DNA of 61,525 nt from an uncultured Lachnospiraceae bacterium. GTDB taxonomy: Bacteria > Bacillota > Clostridia > Lachnospirales > CAG-274. The translations under genes and the position numbers were made by a program. Where the stretch lies: contig CAZUXS010000001.1 of the NCBI GenBank assembly GCA_964624605.1, forward strand, positions 1-61,525, in the 5' to 3' direction. Numbering within the stretch: the first letter of the stretch is position 1; every line of letters starts with the position of its first letter. The notes under the pieces were generated by a model that saw only the letters and a list, made by a program, of their open reading frames with translations, was not told the origin of the DNA and ran no database searches. Positions 55,699 to 61,525 of the stretch are shown here, in pieces.

Positions 55699-57165
55699 TT
55701 ACTCTGCAACTTCACCCATAAGATAGAATGTTTTGCAGTCTGTTATTTTTACATTTATCATATTTCCTATCACACTTTCATCAGCCTTGAAGTGCACAAG
55801 TGAGTTATCTTCAAGTCTGCCTGTGATGTAGTTTGAATCGTTGGCACTCACACCATCTGCAAGTACACGATATGTTTTGCCCACTTTTTCACAATTTAAT
55901 TCATATATGATAGGATTGAGTGCTTCAAGCACCGTATTGAAGTTTTTCTTTGCTTCTTCCTCATCCACCTGATTTTCCATGGTTGCGGCAGGTGTGCCTG
56001 TTCTTTTGGAATATATGAATGTGAAAGCACCGTTGAAACGTATTCTTTTGATTACGTCAACCGTGTCCGCCGTTTCGGCTTCACCTTCGCCGGGGAAACC
56101 TACTATAATATCCGTTGTTATGGCAATGTCGGGTATCTCGGCTTTTATCTTTTCCGCAAGTGCAATATACTGCTCCTTGGTGTAGCGTCTGTTCATTTTT
56201 TTGAGTATCTCATTGTTACCTGCTTGGAAGGGGAGGTGTATGTGCTTGCATACCTTGTCACATTCCTTCATTGCAAGTATGAGTTCATCGCTCAAATCCT
56301 TGGGGTGGCTTGTCATGAAACGTATTCTTTCAAGTCCCTCAACCTCGTTCACCATTCTCAAAAGCTTTGCAAATGTAATGCCTTCATCCTCACCTGTGAG
56401 GTTTTTGCCGTAGCTGTTTACATTCTGACCGAGAAGTGTTATTTCCTTTGCACCGTCATTCACAAGTGAGCGTACTTCTGCAAGTATATCCGCACTTGAA
56501 CGGCTCCTCTCTCTGCCACGCACATAAGGTACGATGCAGTATGAGCAAAAATTGTTACAGCCGAACATAATATTTACGCTTGCTTTAAACTTGCATTTTC
56601 TGATAGTAGGCAAGTCCTCAACGATTGCACCGTGTTCTTTCCAAATATCGAAAACCGGTTTGCCCGTTTCGTGGTTTGTCCATATAAGTTCGGGCAATTT
56701 ATAGAGGTTGAATGTGCCGAAAACAATATCAACCTGCTTGTATTTTTGCTTTATTGTTTGGAGTACGGTTTCCTGCTGCATCATGCAACCGCAAAGTGCT
56801 ATTCTCATATCGGGATTAAGCTTTTTCTGGTGCTTTAAAAATCCGAGGTTGCCGTAAACCTTGTTTTCCGCATTTTCACGCACACAACAGGTGTTGTATA
56901 TTATGAAGTCGGCATCCTTTTCCGCTTCTGCCGCTTCGTAGCCCATGTTCTGCAAAAGACCATATATCTTTTCGGAATCGTGAGCGTTCATCTGGCAACC
57001 GAAAGTGGATATAAACATTTTCTTTCTTCTGCCTTTTTTAAGCAAAAAGTCCTCGTTTTCGGCTTTTACTTTTTCAATATACATTTTCTGTATTTCAAGC
57101 GATTCCTTTGGAATATCATTATTATTCATATTTTTACTACCTTTCAAGCTCTTATTTTTTCGCAT
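55699..57165 (-). CDS. miaB: tRNA (N6-isopentenyl adenosine(37)-C2)-methylthiotransferase MiaB
   Basis: The UPF0004 N-domain (TFGCQMN.HDSE), the radical-SAM motif GCNNFCSYCIVP, and a TRAM C-terminus are present. The start may instead be at 57129. Confidence 0.9.
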   Translation of the reverse strand: MRKNKSLKGSKNMNNNDIPKESLEIQKMYIEKVKAENEDFLLKKGRRKKMFISTFGCQMNAHDSEKIYGLLQNMGYEAAEAEKDADFIIYNTCCVRENAENKVYGNLGFLKHQKKLNPDMRIALCGCMMQQETVLQTIKQKYKQVDIVFGTFNLYKLPELIWTNHETGKPVFDIWKEHGAIVEDLPTIRKCKFKASVNIMFGCNNFCSYCIVPYVRGRERSRSSADILAEVRSLVNDGAKEITLLGQNVNSYGKNLTGEDEGITFAKLLRMVNEVEGLERIRFMTSHPKDLSDELILAMKECDKVCKHIHLPFQAGNNEILKKMNRRYTKEQYIALAEKIKAEIPDIAITTDIIVGFPGEGEAETADTVDVIKRIRFNGAFTFIYSKRTGTPAATMENQVDEEEAKKNFNTVLEALNPIIYELNCEKVGKTYRVLADGVSANDSNYITGRLEDNSLVHFKADESVIGNMINVKITDCKTFYLMGEVAE

Positions 57166-57222
57166 TATTTTTATTATACCATATTATAGGCTGTTTTGCA
57201 AATAACAGTTATGTGAAAATAA

Positions 57223-57239
57223 TGTTACACAAATGTTAA
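57223..57239 (+). promoter_or_regulatory. WalR-type direct repeat TGTTAC-N5-TGTTAA upstream of an NlpC/P60 hydrolase promoter
   Basis: It matches the published WalR consensus TGT(A/T)A(A/T/C)-N5-TGT(A/T)A(A/T/C) exactly. It lies 17 nt upstream of the -35 box. Confidence 0.4.
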
Positions 57240-57255
57240 AAATTGAAAAACTTAC

Positions 57256-57284
57256 TTGACAATTATATACATTTGTAATAAAAT
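57256..57284 (+). promoter_or_regulatory. sigma-A-type promoter (TTGACA-17-TAAAAT)
   Basis: A consensus -35, a 17-nt spacer, and a 5/6 -10 lie about 80 nt upstream of the ATG at 57367. Confidence 0.6.
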
Positions 57285-57366
57285 AGTAATTGTCAAAAAT
57301 TAGATTTTATATATTTTTGGCAGTTTATACAACTATGTATTTGTATTCCGAAAGAGGGAGATTCCG

Positions 57367-58662
57367 ATGAACCATATTACTAATATTAAAAGAGCTTTGG
57401 CATTCGGGCTTGTGTTTGTTACGTTAAACGGCACAACGGTGTTTGCTTCCAACCTTGGCAGTGTGAACAGTGCGGCAAAGCTCAGAGATGCTGCAAGTAT
57501 GAATTCAAATGTGCTTGGCTCAGCAACTCAAAACCAGATTGTCAGATTGAATGACACTTCACTTGGCTGGTCAAATATTTCAACAGATTCATTAACAAAT
57601 GTTTACATAGCTGAAAAATTTGTTGATGTTGTGCAAACGGATGCAACCTGCGTTGCCGATTCAGCACACATCAAAAAAACACCTTCTGCCACATCAGAGG
57701 CACTTGGTACGGTAACAAAGGGTACTGTGCTTGTGTGTACGGGCGTGAGCGGTGATTTTTATTCCGTAAAGTACAACGGACAGATTGGTTATGTTTCAAA
57801 GAGTGTTATGTCAGGCAGTCTTTTGAGCAGTCTTGGTGCAACAAGTGATAAAAATAACGAGCTTACAGCAGATGATATCAAGAAGAGTGTTGAGGTTAAA
57901 ACAACAACAGCGGCTGCAACTGCCGCAACAGCACAGGCAGCACCTGTTGTGACGGTAGCTCAGGCACCGACAACTTCAGCTTGCCTTGAAGAGCTTACAT
58001 CCGCAATAAATGCACAGGTGGATATATATGCCGTTGTTTCAAATGAGGACAGTGCTATACTTATGGACAAACCATCAACAGATGGCAAGGCTGTTGCACT
58101 TCTCAGAAAGGGTTACACCGTTGATGTGTATTCCTATGAAAACGGTTGGGTTGAAGCAAGTGACGATGACGGCAACAGAGGATATTTAAAGGCTGATGAT
58201 ATTATGCTTATGAATGGCGCAAGACCGGAAAATGTAACTGTTGATGCTTCAATAAGCTCACAGTCAAGCGAGAGTTCAATTCTTGCGGCACAGATGGTCA
58301 GCTTTTCAAAGCAGTATATAGGCACACCTTATGTATACGGTGGTACAAGCCTTACATCCGGTGTGGATTGCTCAGGTTTTACAATGAGCGTATACAAGGC
58401 ATTTGGCGTAACAATCAACAGAACTTCAAGAGACCAGTTTACTCAGGGTACGGCTGTTTCCTTTGATGAACTTTTACCCGGTGATTTGGTATTCTTCAAC
58501 ACAGGCGGCAACACACAGATTTCTCACGTTGGTATGTATATAGGAGATAATAAGTACATACATTCAACAGACGGTGGCAGTGTAAACGGTGTTATGATTA
58601 GCGATATCACATCAAACTACGCAAAAAATACCTATGTCGGAGCAAAGAGAATTTTGCAGTAA
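57367..58662 (+). CDS. secreted NlpC/P60 cell-wall hydrolase with SH3-like domains
   Basis: A signal peptide and repeated SH3b-like segments (...G.V..G..L......G.FY.V.YNGQ.GYV) are present. The C-terminus has the DCSGF.....Y...G....R.S..Q......GDLVFF......ISHVGMYIG....IHS catalytic triad pattern. Confidence 0.9.
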   Translation: MNHITNIKRALAFGLVFVTLNGTTVFASNLGSVNSAAKLRDAASMNSNVLGSATQNQIVRLNDTSLGWSNISTDSLTNVYIAEKFVDVVQTDATCVADSAHIKKTPSATSEALGTVTKGTVLVCTGVSGDFYSVKYNGQIGYVSKSVMSGSLLSSLGATSDKNNELTADDIKKSVEVKTTTAAATAATAQAAPVVTVAQAPTTSACLEELTSAINAQVDIYAVVSNEDSAILMDKPSTDGKAVALLRKGYTVDVYSYENGWVEASDDDGNRGYLKADDIMLMNGARPENVTVDASISSQSSESSILAAQMVSFSKQYIGTPYVYGGTSLTSGVDCSGFTMSVYKAFGVTINRTSRDQFTQGTAVSFDELLPGDLVFFNTGGNTQISHVGMYIGDNKYIHSTDGGSVNGVMISDITSNYAKNTYVGAKRILQ

Positions 58663-58688
58663 TTAAAAAATTAATAGGGTTTAGAAAG

Positions 58689-58727
58689 TCACCTATCCGT
58701 ATGATTATAACGGATAGGTGATTTTTT
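58689..58727 (+). terminator. rho-independent terminator
   Basis: An 11-bp perfect stem, tcacctatccg / cggataggtga, is followed by T6. Confidence 0.85.
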
Positions 58728-58932
58728 GTATATTTTTAAGATTATATTACAGAGATGAGTAAGCTCCGTAACAATTTGTAACATTTATTGGTTATAATTA
58801 CTATAGGTTATATATTGTTGGAATTTTACAATAATTATATACAAATTCTGTCAAAAAATGACAGATATTATCCTAATTATTACAAAAGTATTAAACAATG
58901 ATAAACAAATTCATATTTTTGTGCATTTATGC

Positions 58933-58961
58933 TTGACAAATTACTCATTATGAGGTAGAAT
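58933..58961 (+). promoter_or_regulatory. sigma-A-type promoter (TTGACA-17-TAGAAT)
   Basis: A consensus -35, a 17-nt spacer, and a 5/6 -10 give a leader of about 105 nt before the ATG at 59072. Confidence 0.6.
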
Positions 58962-59071
58962 ATGTTTGTAACAAATTTGAAACATCTGGAGAGGGTTTCA
59001 AATCAAACGATGTGAAAATGAATTTAGAGAGAAATTTGTTTTTAAAGAATATTAAGGAGAGAAATTAAGTA

Positions 59072-59842
59072 ATGAGTTATTTAAGCAAAATCAAAAGAGT
59101 GTTTGCAATTGGCTTTGCCTTTACGGTTTTAGGTTCATCAGCTGCTTTTGCCGACGAAATCATAACAACAGGCAATTCAAATCAGATTATTCTTTCTGAC
59201 CTTGCAGACCTCGGCACGGACGATATGTATGTTGTAATTACAGGTTACGGTGATGATGAGGAGGTAGCTATTCATTCAGATTCTTACGATCAGGCAATGG
59301 TATTAAAGAAGTTGCCGGTAGGCTATAATCTTTCCGTTCTCGGACAGGAAAACAGCTGGCTTTATATAAAGGACGACAATGGAGATGTCGGCTATATAAG
59401 AAGTGATTTTGTTACTTTCAAAAATGGTGAAAAGCCTGCCAATACAACTGCTTCATCAGCACTTGCACAGCAGATAGTTGATTATTCAAAGCAGTTCTTG
59501 GGTCGTTTGCCTTATGTATGGGGCGGCACAAGCCTCACATCCGGTGCGGATTGCTCAGGCTTTGTAATGAGTATTTACAAAAACTTCGGTATCACACTTA
59601 CAAGAACATCAAGATCACAGTATGCTTCGGACGGTGTATACGTATCAAGAGAAAATCTTCAACCTGGCGACCTTGTTTTCTTCAACAAGGGCGGTAGCAC
59701 AGCGATTTCTCACGTTGGTATGTATATCGGTGATGGCAAGTACATAAATGAATCAGACTATTCAACCGGCTGTATCATTTCAGACCTTTCAAGAGCTGTT
59801 TCAAAGGGTACTTATGTTGGTGCAAAGAGAATCATTCAGTAA
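59072..59842 (+). CDS. secreted NlpC/P60 cell-wall hydrolase with one SH3-like domain
   Basis: A signal peptide, an SH3b-like segment, and the catalytic pattern DCSGFVMSIY...ISHVGMYIGDGKYI are present. It is a paralogue of 57367..58662. Confidence 0.9.
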   Translation: MSYLSKIKRVFAIGFAFTVLGSSAAFADEIITTGNSNQIILSDLADLGTDDMYVVITGYGDDEEVAIHSDSYDQAMVLKKLPVGYNLSVLGQENSWLYIKDDNGDVGYIRSDFVTFKNGEKPANTTASSALAQQIVDYSKQFLGRLPYVWGGTSLTSGADCSGFVMSIYKNFGITLTRTSRSQYASDGVYVSRENLQPGDLVFFNKGGSTAISHVGMYIGDGKYINESDYSTGCIISDLSRAVSKGTYVGAKRIIQ

Positions 59843-59875
59843 TAGAATTATTCGATAATACTTATAATGAAAAGG

Positions 59876-59901
59876 GCTGTTGCGTTGCAACAGCTTTTTT
59901 T
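59876..59901 (+). terminator. rho-independent terminator
   Basis: The stem gctgttgc / gcaacagc is followed by T7. Confidence 0.75.
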
Positions 59902-59999
59902 GTTGTAAAAACAACCGTTAAAATTATCCGATAATCACTTGAATTTCACATAAAAAAATACTATAATAGTAAGGAAGTCAAAAATACAGAGGTTAATAT

Positions 60000-61397
60000 A
60001 TGAACAGCAAAAAAACTATGCAAATTTTGTATGTGGTGTTACTTTTGATTGTCGCAGCGGCGTATTTGTTTATATTCAAAAGCTTTGACGGTGCCGTGGT
60101 TTTTGGTGCCGATATGAGTGGTACTGCGGTGCGGCTTGTGCTTCTTGCCGTCACGGCGGCGGTGCTTTTTTTATCGGCGATTATTTCAAGTCTTAAAAAG
60201 CTTGCCATAGAAGAAAAGTTTATTATATTTTATGCCTTATTGGGCATAGTTTTTATATTGTTTATGCCCTATCCAAAGACAAATCATGAGGTAAGTCATT
60301 TTTTGAGAACATACGAAATTACGGAGGGACATTTGTTTTCCGAAAACGGTGAAAGGGCTATGGCGGATAATTTGGATGCCGAGTATCCGTCGGATGTGAA
60401 GATAGATAAGACGAATACCGTCAACTATTCGTTTAAGCGTACATCAGTATATTCACCCGTTGCCTACATACCGCAGATTATAGGTGTTTCTGTGGGTAAG
60501 TTTTTCACTCATAAGGTGGTTTCGGTGGCAAGGGCGGGGCAGATATCGGCCTTTGTTTTTTCGCTGATATTGCTTTATCTTTCAATGAAAATGTTGCCGT
60601 TTAAAAAATACGCACTTTTGATGACGGCTTGTATGCCTATGTTTTTGGAGCTTGTAACATCTCTTTCGGCTGTGAATTTTGCAAATGTGATATGTATTGT
60701 GCTTATTTCGCACTCACTGTATTTGGCATATACAAAAGACAGCGTTGCCGTGGGTGACATAATTGTGATGTACATAACATCGCTCACTCTCGCACTTTGC
60801 AACAGCGTATATTTGCCGTTCTTGCTCATGTACGCACTTGTGCCTAAAAAGAAGTTTAAAAGCGGTAAGGCTTTTTTCATAAATATATTTTTGATATACG
60901 CACTTTGTGTTGCGGCGGTTGTGTTTTGGTGCAATAAAAACGATATCACATATATCGGATATATAAAGGGTGCGGTTATGGATTTCGGTCGGGAAATAAA
61001 GGATTTGTATTTTTCAACCGTCGGTTTATATTTCGGGGACGGATATGACTTTTTAAGCCCTTTCCTTGTGATAGTGTATTCAGCTGTGGCGCTTACCGTG
61101 TCACTTTCGGATGTAAGATACAAGCCATTTGCAAAGAGCGGCATAGCACTGTTTTTGATTGCCTTGGTTTTCCTTATGCTTACTTTGACTTTTGCGGGAT
61201 TTGTAAATTCCGTAAGCGAGGGAGCAGGAGAGGATATAAAATACGGCTACGGTATACCGACACTGTTTTCACTGCTTGTTATTCTGAATATAAAGGCTGT
61301 TAAGGTGGATATGAGTGTTGTGAATCACTTTGTATTGCCGTTTACGGCGTTTATGGAAATGCTTGCGATATATTCGGCAGTCAGCCAAATTGCATAA
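60000..61397 (+). CDS. polytopic membrane protein, possibly DUF2142 / GT-C-like glycosyltransferase family
   Basis: This is a 465-aa protein with more than 10 TM segments. An early loop containing YSPVAYIPQIIG resembles DUF2142-type proteins. The assignment is tentative. Confidence 0.4.
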   Translation: MNSKKTMQILYVVLLLIVAAAYLFIFKSFDGAVVFGADMSGTAVRLVLLAVTAAVLFLSAIISSLKKLAIEEKFIIFYALLGIVFILFMPYPKTNHEVSHFLRTYEITEGHLFSENGERAMADNLDAEYPSDVKIDKTNTVNYSFKRTSVYSPVAYIPQIIGVSVGKFFTHKVVSVARAGQISAFVFSLILLYLSMKMLPFKKYALLMTACMPMFLELVTSLSAVNFANVICIVLISHSLYLAYTKDSVAVGDIIVMYITSLTLALCNSVYLPFLLMYALVPKKKFKSGKAFFINIFLIYALCVAAVVFWCNKNDITYIGYIKGAVMDFGREIKDLYFSTVGLYFGDGYDFLSPFLVIVYSAVALTVSLSDVRYKPFAKSGIALFLIALVFLMLTLTFAGFVNSVSEGAGEDIKYGYGIPTLFSLLVILNIKAVKVDMSVVNHFVLPFTAFMEMLAIYSAVSQIA

Positions 61398-61525
61398 TAA
61401 CGGTTTTGAAATTGCGGAAAAGTTTCTCATTTTGTTAAAGTGTCAATGATTGGTTACACTTTTATTAGTGAGTAAGTTGTCAATGGTTCAATGGATATTT
61501 CCATATAGTGAAATACTCCATGACC

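Noticed and set aside
58663-59071. A cyclic-di-AMP (ydaO/yuaA-type) or other riboswitch upstream of the NlpC/P60 gene
   Set aside because: The gene context is suggestive, but I could not find the conserved ydaO core sequences or pseudo-symmetric helices by eye. It needs a covariance-model scan before any call is made.
1-61525. CRISPR arrays, tRNA or rRNA genes, IS elements or transposases
   Set aside because: I found no repeat-spacer arrays, no cloverleaf-like conserved tRNA motifs in the intergenic regions, and no transposase- or integrase-like ORFs on either strand. tRNAscan or Infernal should confirm this.

Overview
This 61.5 kb window comes from a low-GC Firmicute of the class Clostridia. 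A type-I dockerin on a surface LRR protein and an [FeFe]-hydrogenase/HydS module suggest a Ruminococcus-like gut anaerobe; that is inference, not a database result. Most of the window is ordinary, densely packed housekeeping: ribF (partial), typA, a MOP flippase, rsmE, nifS-thiI, ogt, an SDR, a MATE pump, ctpA, rfbD, nrdR, the panG-like/panB/panC/panD operon, a 1424-aa dehydratase-activase fusion, scpA/scpB, and miaB-ylbF-mutS-mutL. The window ends with two NlpC/P60 hydrolases and a polytopic membrane protein. No tRNA, rRNA or CRISPR array was seen.

The accessory or unusual content is:
1. A 13 kb co-directional phage-derived cassette (17495-30506). It encodes an SPP1-like head (capsid, portal, scaffold, large terminase) and a PBSX-like contractile tail and baseplate. 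It has no integrase, regulator, replication, lysis, neck/adaptor or recognisable tape-measure genes, and its gene order is non-canonical. It also carries a 415-aa Asn/Tyr-rich low-complexity ORF inside the baseplate module. This is the best candidate for a domesticated phage-like particle system.
2. A sensory-hydrogenase module: 2Fe-2S ferredoxin, HydS with a PAS domain, a SpoIIE-type phosphatase, and a catalytic [FeFe] hydrogenase.
3. A small AT-rich islet encoding a zinc-ribbon/TPR/TIR/DUF6273-like 696-aa protein and two small genes.
4. Two copies, in opposite orientation, of a mosaic intergenic repeat family built from many short hairpin modules (about 5975-6197 and 44314-44815).
5. Several degenerate or odd genes: a frame-broken CD225 gene, a site-2-protease homologue that lacks all its metal ligands, and a terminase with an atypical Walker A motif.

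All calls are based on reading the ORF translations and the DNA. No searches were run.
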